A DNA stretch of 64,000 nt, taken from Candidatus Aminicenantes bacterium (lineage in GTDB: Bacteria > Acidobacteriota > Aminicenantia > Aminicenantales > Saccharicenantaceae). The position numbers and the translations under genes are program-made. The notes below the pieces were generated by a model. It was not told the DNA's origin, searched no databases, and saw only the letters and a program-made list of their open reading frames with translations. The stretch is from NCBI GenBank assembly GCA_963784525.1, contig CAWART010000020.1, positions 23,844-87,843 on the forward strand. The letters run 5' to 3'. Shown piece by piece: positions 19,665 to 28,681 of the stretch. Numbering within the stretch: the first letter of the stretch is position 1; each line of letters begins with the position of its first letter.

Positions 19665-22193
19665 ATGACCGGACAGCACGGAACGATCGACCCCCGCCTG
19701 GAGCGCGTCCTCCGGACCGTCGAAAAGCCCGGGAGGTACGTCGGCGGGGAATGGAATCAGATACGCAAGGACCCCCGCAAGGTCAAGGTCCGGGTCGCGC
19801 TCGTCTTCCCGGACGCCTACGAGATCGGAATGTCCTACCTGGGCCAGAAGATCCTCTATCACGTCCTGAACGCCCGCCCGGACGTCCTGGCGGAAAGGGT
19901 CTTCGCCCCCTGGCCCGATTTCGAACAGGGCCTCCGGGGCGCCGGGATCCCCCTGTATTCCCTGGAGAACCGGATCCCGCTCCGGGACTTCGACATCATC
20001 GGTTTCTCCCTGCTCTACGAGCTCAACTACTCCAACGTCCTGACGGTCCTCGACCTCGGCGGCATCCCCGCGCGCGCCGCCGACCGGGAGGGGAGCGCGC
20101 CCTTCGTCATCGCCGGCGGACCCGCCGTCTTCAATCCTGAGCCGATAGCCGAGGCCTTCGACCTCATGCTGGCCGGTGACGGGGAGGAGGCCTTCCTCGA
20201 GATCGTGGACAAGGTCGTCGCCATGAAGGAGGCGGGCGCGCCGAGAAGCACGTTGCTCCGGGAGCTCGCCGGGCTCCGCGGCGCATACGTCCCGTCCCTT
20301 TACGATGCCGCTTCGGTGAAGGGGTCCCCTCTGCTCGTTCCGGAGCCCCGGGGCGATGCTCCCGCCAGGGTCCAAAAGCGCATCCTCGAAACGTTCCGCG
20401 ATTCGGAGTTCCCCGACGCCATCGTCGTCCCGAGCCTGAGGGCGGTGTTCGACCGCGTGGCCGTCGAAGCGGCGCGCGGCTGTCCCCAGAACTGCCGCTT
20501 CTGCCAGGCGACGAGCCTGTATTTTCCCTACCGGGTCAAAGACCCCGACCGCCTCGTCCGGACCATGGGATCGAGCCTCGGGAAGACCGGATACGAGGAC
20601 GCTTCCCTGACGGCCCTATCCATCTCGGACTATCCCGGCCTCGAGGGGACGGTCCGGGTCCTGATGGGCGGGTTCGAGAAGCGGAAGATCTCCCTTTCCC
20701 TGTCGTCCCTGAGGCCCCGAGGCCTCTCGCCGGAGATCGTCGAGAACATCGTCAAGGTCCGCAAGACCGGGTTCACCCTGGTCCCCGAAGCCGGGACCGA
20801 GCGCCTGAGGCGGGTGATCAACAAGAAGCTGGACGACCGGGAGATCCACGACGCCCTGGCCTACGCTTTCGCCAAGGGTTGGAAGCTCGTCAAGCTCTAT
20901 TTCATGGTCGGGCTTCCGACCGAGACCGACGAAGACCTGGCCGGGATCGTGGCGCTCGTCCGGGATATCATCGGGACGGGGCAGAAGATCCTCGGGGCGC
21001 CCCCGCGCATCAACCTCAGCGTGTCCTCGTTCATCCCGAAACCCCACACGGCGTTCCAGTGGGCGGCGATGGACGACGGGGATACTCTCGCCGCCAAACA
21101 GGAGTACCTCCGCACGGAGCTGAGGAGATCGAGGTCCGTGGAGTTCAAGAGACACCCGGTCGACGTCTCCCTCCTCGAAGCGGCCTTCTCCAGGGGCGAT
21201 CGCAGGCTCAACGCCGTCCTGCGGGCGGCCTGGGCGGCCGGGGCGCGTTTCGACAGCTGGGGCGACCGGTTCCAGCCGGACCTCTGGGCCGAGGCCTTCT
21301 CGCGCGAGGGCGTCGATCCCGGGATCTATAGGGGAGCTCTCGACACGGGAGCCCGGCTTCCCTGGGACCACATGGAGACCGGCATCCGAAAAGCGCATCT
21401 CGTCCGGGAATATGAGCGGGCGCTCGCGGGCGTCCCCTCGCCGTCCTGCGGGGAAACGGCCTGTGGCCCGTGCGCGGCCTGCGATGTCCCCCGGCTCAAG
21501 CTGCCTTCCGAACCGTCAGGCGCGGGCCCGAGCATCACGCTCCGGGAGCCTCCCGTCCGGGACGCTCCGAGCCCCGGCGTGGAGCGCTATCGTGTCCTGT
21601 ATTCCAAGCGGGGAAACGCCCGCTTCCTTTCCCACATCGACCTCATCCACGTCCTGGAGCGGGCGTTCCGCAGGGCCGGGATCGAGGTCGCCAAATCCCA
21701 GGGGTTCCACCCCAAGATGCTGATGACCTACGGACCCGCCTTGGCCTTGGGCATGGAAGGCCTGGCCGAGCCGCTGGAGTTCCGGGCGCCGTTCCTGTAC
21801 GAGCCGGCGGCGCTCGCGAAGCGCATGAACCGGGCCCTCCCTCCCGGCCTCCGCGTCACGGCGGCCGAGAAGCTCGGCCCCGAGGCTCCGGCGCTGAGCC
21901 GGATCCTGAAAGGGGCCGTTTACGCGCTCGACCTCCGGGACCCGGAGATAGGGGAGGCCCTGGCGAAGGACGGGAAGCGGCCGACGCTCCCAGCCCTGCG
22001 GGCCATCGTCGCGGCGGCCGGGACCCGCACGCCCGCGGGCGTCGGCATCTCCGCGGATTGGAAGAAGAAGCGGCTTTATATCACGATACCGTTCGTCGAG
22101 GGGAAGAATTCCCGGCCCCAGGATGTCGCCGGCGACATGTTCGGCGTCAAGGGGGCGGTCTACGCTCTGACGCGGGAGAGGTTCCTCTCCTGA
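19665..22193 (+). CDS. radical SAM protein with an N-terminal B12-binding-like domain, fused to a DUF2344-type C-terminal domain (TIGR03960/TIGR03936-like architecture, from memory)
   Basis: The real start MTGQHGTIDPRLERVLRTVEKPGRYVGGEWN is at ATG 19665. CPQNCRFC cluster motif. C-terminal YSKRGNARFLSHIDLIHVLERAFRRAG. The upstream 1.3 kb of track ORF 18369..22193 is an out-of-frame overlap of the MFS gene. Confidence 0.85.
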   Translation: MTGQHGTIDPRLERVLRTVEKPGRYVGGEWNQIRKDPRKVKVRVALVFPDAYEIGMSYLGQKILYHVLNARPDVLAERVFAPWPDFEQGLRGAGIPLYSLENRIPLRDFDIIGFSLLYELNYSNVLTVLDLGGIPARAADREGSAPFVIAGGPAVFNPEPIAEAFDLMLAGDGEEAFLEIVDKVVAMKEAGAPRSTLLRELAGLRGAYVPSLYDAASVKGSPLLVPEPRGDAPARVQKRILETFRDSEFPDAIVVPSLRAVFDRVAVEAARGCPQNCRFCQATSLYFPYRVKDPDRLVRTMGSSLGKTGYEDASLTALSISDYPGLEGTVRVLMGGFEKRKISLSLSSLRPRGLSPEIVENIVKVRKTGFTLVPEAGTERLRRVINKKLDDREIHDALAYAFAKGWKLVKLYFMVGLPTETDEDLAGIVALVRDIIGTGQKILGAPPRINLSVSSFIPKPHTAFQWAAMDDGDTLAAKQEYLRTELRRSRSVEFKRHPVDVSLLEAAFSRGDRRLNAVLRAAWAAGARFDSWGDRFQPDLWAEAFSREGVDPGIYRGALDTGARLPWDHMETGIRKAHLVREYERALAGVPSPSCGETACGPCAACDVPRLKLPSEPSGAGPSITLREPPVRDAPSPGVERYRVLYSKRGNARFLSHIDLIHVLERAFRRAGIEVAKSQGFHPKMLMTYGPALALGMEGLAEPLEFRAPFLYEPAALAKRMNRALPPGLRVTAAEKLGPEAPALSRILKGAVYALDLRDPEIGEALAKDGKRPTLPALRAIVAAAGTRTPAGVGISADWKKKRLYITIPFVEGKNSRPQDVAGDMFGVKGAVYALTRERFLS

Positions 22194-22218
22194 TCTCCAC
22201 CGACTTGAAGGAGGACCG

Positions 22219-23439
22219 ATGATCGATTTCAGCCTGACCGAGGAACAGCAGGCCCTGAAGGAAATGGCCCACGAGTTCGCCGAGAAGGAAATGCGGCCCG
22301 CGGCCGCCCGTTATGACCGGGGAGAGGAGTTTCCCGCGGAGATCATGAAGAAAGCCTTCGACGCGGGCTTCCTGACGAGCACCGTCCCGGCCGAATACGG
22401 CGGCGGCGGCCTCGGCGACCTGGATACCGTGATCCTCAGCGAGGAGCTGGCCTGGGGGTGCGCGGGAATGTACACATCGATGATGGCGAACTCGCTCGCC
22501 CTGACCCCCATCATCCTCTCCGGGACCGAGGAGCAGAAAAAGCGCTTCCTTGTCCCTGTGACCCGGACGATGACCTTCGCCTCCTACTGCCTGACCGAGC
22601 GGGAGGCGGGTTCGGACACGACGGCCATCCGGACGACGGCCCGGAAGAGCGGCTCGGACTATGTCATCAACGGCTCGAAGTGCTTCATCACGAACGCCGG
22701 CGTCGCGGGCCTGTTCCTGGTCTTCGCCAACGCCGCTCCGGAGAAGGGCCCGCGGGGGATCAGCGCGTTCGTCGTCCCCCGGGACACGCCGGGGATCTCC
22801 ATCGGCAAAGTGGAGGACAAGATGGGCCATCGGGCGTCGAACACGGCGGAGATCTTCTTCGAGGACGTCCGGGTCCCGGCCGTGAACATGCTGGGCCGGG
22901 AAGGGCACGGCTTTCTCGCGGCCATGAGAACGTTCGACCGGACGCGGCCCGCGGTCGGGGCGGCGGGGGTCGGCGTGGCCAGGGCGGCCCTGGAATACGC
23001 CGTTGCCTACGCCAAGACGCGGGTCCAGTTCGGGAAGCCCATCGCGGCCTTCCAGCACACGGCGTTCACGATCGCCCAGATGGCCACCGAGGTCGAAGCG
23101 GCGCGCCTCCTCGTCCGTCACGCCGCCTGGCTTATCGAGAACGGGAAACCGTCGGGCAAGGAATCGGCCATGGCCAAGTGCTTCGCCTCGGACGTCGCGA
23201 TGAAGGTCTCGCTCGAAGCGCTCCAGATCTACGGGGGTTACGGCTACATGAAGGATTATCCGATCGAGAAGCTCGTCCGCGACGCCAAGCTCCTTCAGAT
23301 CTACGAGGGGACCAACGAGATCCAGCGTCTCGTCATCTCGCGCGAGGTCATCGGGCCCTTGGATCGAAGTACAGGCTTCGTCAGGGCGTGCATTGCCGCC
23401 TTTCATTTTCGAAGCGAGTCCCGGAATGTGAGGCCGTGA
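22219..23439 (+). CDS. acyl-CoA dehydrogenase
   Basis: 406-aa ORF. FASYCLTEREAGSD, GSKCFITNAG and QIYGGYGYMKDYPIEKLVRDAKLLQIYEGTNEIQRLVI. Confidence 0.93.
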   Translation: MIDFSLTEEQQALKEMAHEFAEKEMRPAAARYDRGEEFPAEIMKKAFDAGFLTSTVPAEYGGGGLGDLDTVILSEELAWGCAGMYTSMMANSLALTPIILSGTEEQKKRFLVPVTRTMTFASYCLTEREAGSDTTAIRTTARKSGSDYVINGSKCFITNAGVAGLFLVFANAAPEKGPRGISAFVVPRDTPGISIGKVEDKMGHRASNTAEIFFEDVRVPAVNMLGREGHGFLAAMRTFDRTRPAVGAAGVGVARAALEYAVAYAKTRVQFGKPIAAFQHTAFTIAQMATEVEAARLLVRHAAWLIENGKPSGKESAMAKCFASDVAMKVSLEALQIYGGYGYMKDYPIEKLVRDAKLLQIYEGTNEIQRLVISREVIGPLDRSTGFVRACIAAFHFRSESRNVRP

Positions 23440-23925
23440 TTACTGTCTTGCTGATGATGCGGTCCGACGAAGAGTCGTTATCCTCGACGGTTCTTGAGCG
23501 GGGAGTCTCGACGATGCGGCCCTTTTCTCGACGCCATCTCGACCGAAGACGATGAACGTCGGGACCTTGACGATGTCCCTGCCCTGGAGGTAGGGCGGGC
23601 GCTTCGCCTTGTCCTCGGGAACGGCGGTATATGTCGCCCGGACGAGAGGATTGTCGACCAATTCGAGGACCTTCAGGAACTCGCTGATGTGGGCTTTGCT
23701 GTCGTCACACCAGGTGCCCAGGACGACCTCGACGAGGACCTCGCGGGAGACGGCCTTCAGCCGTTCGACGGCTTCGGGAGAGGGGGCGTAGGCCGCCGCG
23801 ACGGCCTGCCAATCCGGGAACTTCCGGAAGAGCTCCTCAGGCGTCAAGGGTCCCGCGCTCTCCTGCTGTCCGTTCAGGGCGCCGAGCAGGATAAGACATG
23901 CGAACGGGACCGGAAAGATCTTCAT
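23440..23925 (-). CDS. secreted thioredoxin-fold protein with a monothiol WCDDS motif
   Basis: 161-aa ORF. Signal peptide MKIFPVPFACLILLGALNG, then VVLGTWCDDSKAH and VPTFIVF, typical of thioredoxin-like proteins. The C-terminal tail may be affected by an indel near 23500 (an alternative frame reads EKGRIVETP). Confidence 0.65.
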   Translation of the reverse strand: MKIFPVPFACLILLGALNGQQESAGPLTPEELFRKFPDWQAVAAAYAPSPEAVERLKAVSREVLVEVVLGTWCDDSKAHISEFLKVLELVDNPLVRATYTAVPEDKAKRPPYLQGRDIVKVPTFIVFGRDGVEKRAASSRLPAQEPSRITTLRRTASSARQ

Positions 23926-23959
23926 GCGTCTCCGATTCGCGGGATCGGAGGATCGAGGG

Positions 23960-24346
23960 CTATTCCTCGATGTATTCGGGGATGAGGCCCAGGACGTCGA
24001 TCCCGGCGCCCTTGGCGATGTCCATGACCTCCATCACCTTGCTGAACGGGAGCTTGGCTTCGGCCCGGACGAAGATGGTCTTGTCCTGGCGGGTCGAGTA
24101 GATGCGCCGAAGCTCTTCGAGGAGCATCCTCAGCTCGATGGGGTCCTTGTTGATCAGGATGGTGTCGTTCTTCTGAACGGTCAGGACAACGAGGCCCGAA
24201 GGCTGTCCGCCGGAGGCATCCGCCTGGGTTTCGGGGAGCTTGACGTCGATACCTTTCTGGACGAGGGGGGTGATGACCATGAAGATGATCAGCAGGACCA
24301 GCAGGACATCGCACAACGGGACGACATTGGGTTCGGCTTTAGACAT
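23960..24346 (-). CDS. exbD: biopolymer transport protein ExbD/TolR
   Basis: 128-aa ORF. VVPLCDVLLVLLIIFMVITP TM signature and the periplasmic ExbD domain. Strong AAGGAGG RBS. Confidence 0.9.
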   Translation of the reverse strand: MSKAEPNVVPLCDVLLVLLIIFMVITPLVQKGIDVKLPETQADASGGQPSGLVVLTVQKNDTILINKDPIELRMLLEELRRIYSTRQDKTIFVRAEAKLPFSKVMEVMDIAKGAGIDVLGLIPEYIEE

Positions 24347-24365
24347 TCGTGCCTCCTTATATCTA

Positions 24366-24381
24366 CTCCGGAGGTCCGGAG
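24366..24381. promoter_or_regulatory. inverted repeat CTCCGGA-GG-TCCGGAG between the exbD -10 box and RBS (possible operator)
   Basis: Perfect 7-bp arms with a 2-nt spacer. The loop is too tight for an RNA hairpin, so a protein-binding palindrome is more likely. Confidence 0.25.
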
Positions 24382-24387
24382 ACAGAC

Positions 24388-24417
24388 ATTTTATGCCATG
24401 GAGGCCGTTTTTGTCAA
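24388..24417 (-). promoter_or_regulatory. sigma70-type promoter for exbD
   Basis: On the minus strand: TTGACA (24417..24412), 18-nt spacer, TAAAAT (24393..24388). Confidence 0.55.
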
Positions 24418-24439
24418 TGGCTTTTTCCCGGGGGCATTT

Positions 24440-24469
24440 TTGACTTCGTTCCGGCCGTTATGCTATAAG
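24440..24469 (+). promoter_or_regulatory. sigma70-type promoter for cstA
   Basis: TTGACT (24440..24445), 18-nt spacer, TATAAG (24464..24469), then GAGGAGG and the ATG at 24496. Confidence 0.5.
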
Positions 24470-24495
24470 AGCCCCTCGGTTCCGAGGAGGCCTCG

Positions 24496-26244
24496 ATGAA
24501 CGTATTGCTCCTGCTCGCGATATCGGCCGCCGGCTTCGCCCTCGCCGGGCGCTTTTACTCGACGAGGATCGCCCGGAGGCTCGGCGAGGATCCCGCGCAT
24601 CCGACCCCGGCGGTCACGCGCAACGACGGCCGCGACTATGTCCCCACGAAGACCTATGTCGTCTTCGCCCATCATTTCTCCGCCATCGCCGGCGCGGGCC
24701 CCATCCTCGGCCCGACCATGGCCCTCCTCTACGGGTTCGTCCCGGCCTGGCTCTGGGTCGTCCTGGGGGGCATCTTCATCGGCGCGGTCCACGACTACAC
24801 GACCCTGTTCATCAGCATGCGCGAGGGCGGGAAGTCCATGGCCGAGGTGGCCCGGAAGACCCTGGGCGCCCGCGGCTTCAACCTCTTCATCGCCTTCACC
24901 ATCATCATGATCGTCCTCGTGACGTCGTCGTTCCTGAGCGCCACGTCGATCTCCCTGACCTCCCTCTGGCCCCTGGCCAAGATCGGGGTCCGGGAAGGGG
25001 AGACCTTTCTCAAGACCGTCGTCCGGGACGGGGTGGTCATGGGCCGCATCGGGGGCATCGCGTCGATGTCCGTCATCGTCATAACCCTGTGCTCGCCCTT
25101 CCTCGGCTGGCTCATCGCCAAGAAGGGCCTCAAGACGCTCCCGTCCTACCTCGTGGCCACGGCCATCTGCGCGGTCTCGATCCTTCTCGGCATCGCCTAT
25201 CCCGTCGCCCTGACGCCGACGCTCTGGATGGTCATCATCTCCGTCTATGTGCTCTTAGCGGCCGGGGCCCCCGTCTGGTTCATCCTCCAGCCGCGGGATT
25301 TCATCAACGTTCAGATCCTGTACGGCGGGATCGTCCTCATGGTCCTTTCGCTGTTCGGCACGGGCTTCGGCGGCCTCCGGGTCACCGCGCCCGCCATCAA
25401 CCTTCAGGAAGGCGTCCAGCATCTGGGCCTGATCTGGCCGATGATGTTCTGCATCGTCGCCTGCGGCGCCATCTCGGGATTCCATTGCCTTGTGGCCGGC
25501 GGGACGACCGGCAAACAGCTCGCCCGCGAGACGGACGCCCGGCGGGTCGGCTACAACGCGATGCTTCTCGAATCCCTTCTGGCCGTCTGCGTCCTGCTGG
25601 CCATCGGCGGCGCCATGAGCTTCGCCGATTACAAGGCCATCGTCTGGCCCGTCGATCCGGCGGTGCGGTCCAATCCCATCCTCGGATTCTCGCTCGCGGC
25701 CGGACAGCTCTTTCACAAAGGGCTCGGCATCCCGGTCGCCCTGGGGACGGTCTTCGGGATCCTCCTGGTCGAAGGGTTCGTCATCACGACGCTCGACGCG
25801 GCCGTCCGCCTCAACCGCTACCTCCTCGAGGAGCTCTGGGCGATCCTCTTCCGGAAGGTCCCCCGGCTCTTCCGGCACTACTGGTTCAATTCCGGGATCT
25901 CCGTCCTGTTGATGTGGGTCCTGGCCTATTCCAACGCCTTCAGCGCCCTTTGGCCCATCTTCGGCACCGCCAACCAGCTATTGGCCGCCTTGAGCCTCCT
26001 GGCCGTCTCGGCCTGGCTGCTCCTCAGGAAGAAGAAGGCGACCTTCACGCTCGTGCCCGCGGTCTTCATGTTCCTGACGACGCTGGCCTCTCTCGGCATC
26101 CTGATGGCGGGATACGTGCGGCAGGGGAACTTCGTCCTGATCGCGGCGGACCTGCTGTTGTTCCTGTTGTCCATGGGCGTCCTGGCTCTTTTCGCCAAGA
26201 CGTTCCTCGGCGGAAAGCGGGAAACGCGAGACGCGCAAGTCTAG
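24496..26244 (+). CDS. cstA: carbon starvation protein A (CstA family peptide/pyruvate transporter)
   Basis: 582-aa polytopic ORF. VVFAHHFSAIAGAGPILGP and GAVHDYTTLFISMREGGKS are CstA hallmarks. Confidence 0.92.
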   Translation: MNVLLLLAISAAGFALAGRFYSTRIARRLGEDPAHPTPAVTRNDGRDYVPTKTYVVFAHHFSAIAGAGPILGPTMALLYGFVPAWLWVVLGGIFIGAVHDYTTLFISMREGGKSMAEVARKTLGARGFNLFIAFTIIMIVLVTSSFLSATSISLTSLWPLAKIGVREGETFLKTVVRDGVVMGRIGGIASMSVIVITLCSPFLGWLIAKKGLKTLPSYLVATAICAVSILLGIAYPVALTPTLWMVIISVYVLLAAGAPVWFILQPRDFINVQILYGGIVLMVLSLFGTGFGGLRVTAPAINLQEGVQHLGLIWPMMFCIVACGAISGFHCLVAGGTTGKQLARETDARRVGYNAMLLESLLAVCVLLAIGGAMSFADYKAIVWPVDPAVRSNPILGFSLAAGQLFHKGLGIPVALGTVFGILLVEGFVITTLDAAVRLNRYLLEELWAILFRKVPRLFRHYWFNSGISVLLMWVLAYSNAFSALWPIFGTANQLLAALSLLAVSAWLLLRKKKATFTLVPAVFMFLTTLASLGILMAGYVRQGNFVLIAADLLLFLLSMGVLALFAKTFLGGKRETRDAQV

Positions 26245-26327
26245 GGAGACGCGATGAAGACCAAGCCGTCGATACGGAAGGTGTCTTAACGAGCCGCTTG
26301 TCTTGCGTGTCCCGCTCGTCTCGCTCT

Positions 26328-27372
26328 TCAGATGATCAGCTTTTCGACGGTCTCGTCCCATCTCATCCGGGACCCGAACGCGAAGGCGGCCCCGCCCAAT
26401 CGCTCGGCGAGCGCCCTGTCCGCGGCGAGTTCGTCGATCCTGAGGGCGATCTCGCGGGGATCGGGGGCCACGACGAAGCCCGTCTCGCGGTCCCGGACGA
26501 GCTCGGTCGGGCCGCCGCTGTCGTGCGCCGTGATGACGGCCTTGCCGGACGCGAAGGCTTCGGGCGTGACAAGACCATAGTCCTCCCGGAGGGGGCAAAA
26601 GAACACGGCGAGACTGCCGGCGTAGCCGGATAGGACCTCCTCCTCGCCGACCGCGCCCAGCAGGGTGATCCGCTCTTCGAGTCCCCGCGCCTTGATCAGG
26701 GCCCGAAGGGGCTCGAGCTCCGGGCCCTTCCCCGGCGATCCGCGCCTTGATGCCGCGGTCCCGGACATGAACGAAGGCTTCGACAAGGAGGTCCAGCCTC
26801 TTCAGCCTGTTGAGACGGGATACGGAAAAGATGTAATCGCCCGGGCGCTCCCGGCGATACGCCCGTTGCGGGGCGGGGGGGTGGAGGATCTCGGAGGGGA
26901 TGTTCCCCCAGGTCCTGAGGCGGTCCCGGATCGTGGCCGATTGGGCGAAGACCTTGGTCACGTTGTGCTTGAGGAGGTGGGTGTCCACGGCCCGGATGAG
27001 GCCTCTGCGGACCGTCTCCTTGATCCGTCCCTTGATCCCGAGAGGGGCGCGAAGGTCGCCCCATAGGTCGTAATATTCGCGCATCCGATGGTTGAGCCAG
27101 CAGACGTGCCGGGGGTGCTTGACGGCATAGCTGGGGAAACGGAAGGAGATGACCCCGTCTATCGGCCGGCCCAGGCCGTCCATGCCGACATCGGTGAAGC
27201 GGTTGGCGAGATAGGCCCGGAACTGGCGTCCGAACCGGTTCTGCGGGGTCAGGACGAGATCGGCCTCGTGGCCGCATTCCCTGAGGGCGCGGACGGTCGC
27301 CCTGGCGATGATCATGTGCCCGCCCTCGACGAACGGAACGTCGGAGGTGACGACCAGGAGCCGTTTGGCCAT
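26328..27372 (-). CDS. glycosyltransferase (GT-B, Glycos_transf_1 type), split by an apparent +1 indel near 26721..26727
   Basis: N-terminal part in track ORF 25978..27372 up to ...IKARIAGEGP. C-terminal part in ORF 26328..26786 (ELEPLRALIKARGLEERITLLG...EDYGLVTPEAFASGKAVITAHDSGGPTELV). The downstream portion of the 464-aa ORF is Arg/Gly-rich out-of-frame sequence. Confidence 0.85.
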
Positions 27373-27390
27373 GGAACGACCTCCCGCAGG

Positions 27391-27786
27391 CTATTTCAGC
27401 GTGTCCAGGGCTTTTTTGTTGTTGCTCGTGTTGAAGACGAGGAGCGTCCGGCCCTCTCCGACCGAGCTCCCGTAGGAGTACCGGATGTCGATGACGGCAT
27501 TCCCAAGAAGGGCGCCGACCTCGGCCCCGGCCCCGATCCGGTCGCTGAATTCGAGCGTTACGACCTTGTTCGCCTTGACCTTGTAGCCGAGCGTCCGCAG
27601 GGCCTTTTCGGCCTTCTTGTTATCGGCCGTGACAAGGAGAAAATGCCCTTCTCCGCCCTCGGACGAGACGCAAAAGGCCCTCAGGTTCATCCCCGCGTTG
27701 GCGAGGGTTCCCAGGACGCGGCCGAAGATGCCGGGCTCGTTCGGCGTGGTCACGTGGAGTTCGGTGTCTTCCTTGACGATGTTCAC
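27391..27786 (-). CDS. ACT domain-containing protein (tandem ACT)
   Basis: GTG start at 27786, preceded by AAGGAGAG. ELHVTTPNEPGIFGRVLGTLANAGMNLRAF... and a second half LEFSDRIGAGAEVGALLGNAVIDI. Confidence 0.75.
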   Translation of the reverse strand: MNIVKEDTELHVTTPNEPGIFGRVLGTLANAGMNLRAFCVSSEGGEGHFLLVTADNKKAEKALRTLGYKVKANKVVTLEFSDRIGAGAEVGALLGNAVIDIRYSYGSSVGEGRTLLVFNTSNNKKALDTLK

Positions 27787-27855
27787 GGGTTTCTCTCCTT
27801 GATCCGAAAGGCGATTATAACAGATTTGGACGATAAAACACAAAAGCCGCGCGGC

Positions 27856-27883
27856 TTGCCGATCGGCGGCGGACGGATATAAT
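27856..27883 (+). promoter_or_regulatory. sigma70-type promoter for the GATase1 gene
   Basis: TTGCCG (27856..27861), 16-nt spacer, TATAAT (27878..27883), then GGAGGAAGGAG and the ATG at 27908. Confidence 0.5.
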
Positions 27884-27907
27884 GGGGGAGGAAGGAGATG
27901 CCGACAG

Positions 27908-28585
27908 ATGCCGCGGATCGCCATCATCGATAACGCCATCGACCCGGAGGTCTATCGCCCCGTCCTGCATTGGAGCCGCTGGCTGCCGGGAGACTGGGCT
28001 TCGTTCGAGGCCCGCAGCGGCCGCCTGCCGTCCCTGGGCGACGGGTTCAGCCATCTCATCCTGACGGGGTCGGAGGCCTCCATCCTGGAAAGGCCGCCCT
28101 GGGCGGAGGCGGAGGTCACCCTGGTCCGCGACGCGCTGGCCCGGGGTCTTTCGATCCTGGGGAGTTGCTACGGCCATCAACTGCTCGCCCTGGCCATCGG
28201 GGGCGCCGGCTGTGTGCGGAGATGCCGGGAGCCCGAGATCGGCTGGCTCCCCATCGAGATCCGGGAGAACGATCCTCTCCTCGGACCGGCCCGGACGGCG
28301 CACGCGTTCACCCTTCATTTCGACGAGGTCGTCGACCCGGACGGCCTATTCACCGTGCTGGCCGGGACGCCGGTCTGCCCCATTCACGCTTTCCGCTACG
28401 GCGCGAGGCCCGTATGGGGCGTGCAGGCCCACCCCGAGATCGATCCGAAGGACGGACGGGAGCTTCTCGAAGCCGAGCTCGAGCGCGGCTACGCGGGCGG
28501 TCCGTCGATCGAGCGGGCCCTGCGCACCGACCCCCGCGACGACGGACTCATCCGATCGGTCGTCGCGGCGTTCCTCCGACCATGA
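27908..28585 (+). CDS. type 1 glutamine amidotransferase-like protein
   Basis: 225-aa ORF. ILGSCYGHQLLA nucleophile elbow and GVQAHPE His/Glu motif. Confidence 0.85.
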   Translation: MPRIAIIDNAIDPEVYRPVLHWSRWLPGDWASFEARSGRLPSLGDGFSHLILTGSEASILERPPWAEAEVTLVRDALARGLSILGSCYGHQLLALAIGGAGCVRRCREPEIGWLPIEIRENDPLLGPARTAHAFTLHFDEVVDPDGLFTVLAGTPVCPIHAFRYGARPVWGVQAHPEIDPKDGRELLEAELERGYAGGPSIERALRTDPRDDGLIRSVVAAFLRP

Positions 28586-28681
28586 GCGCCGAACCTTTAC
28601 CCCTTGACAAACCAGGCCGAAAGGACTTATTTATATCATATCAGCCCGGGGAACGGGTTCATAAAAAATGAGGAGGAACGG

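Noticed and set aside
18369-22193. A 1274-aa ORF that looks like a giant fusion protein.
   Set aside because: The first ~430 codons are an Arg/Pro-rich out-of-frame overlap of the MFS gene. The conserved radical SAM protein starts at ATG 19665, after the MFS stop.
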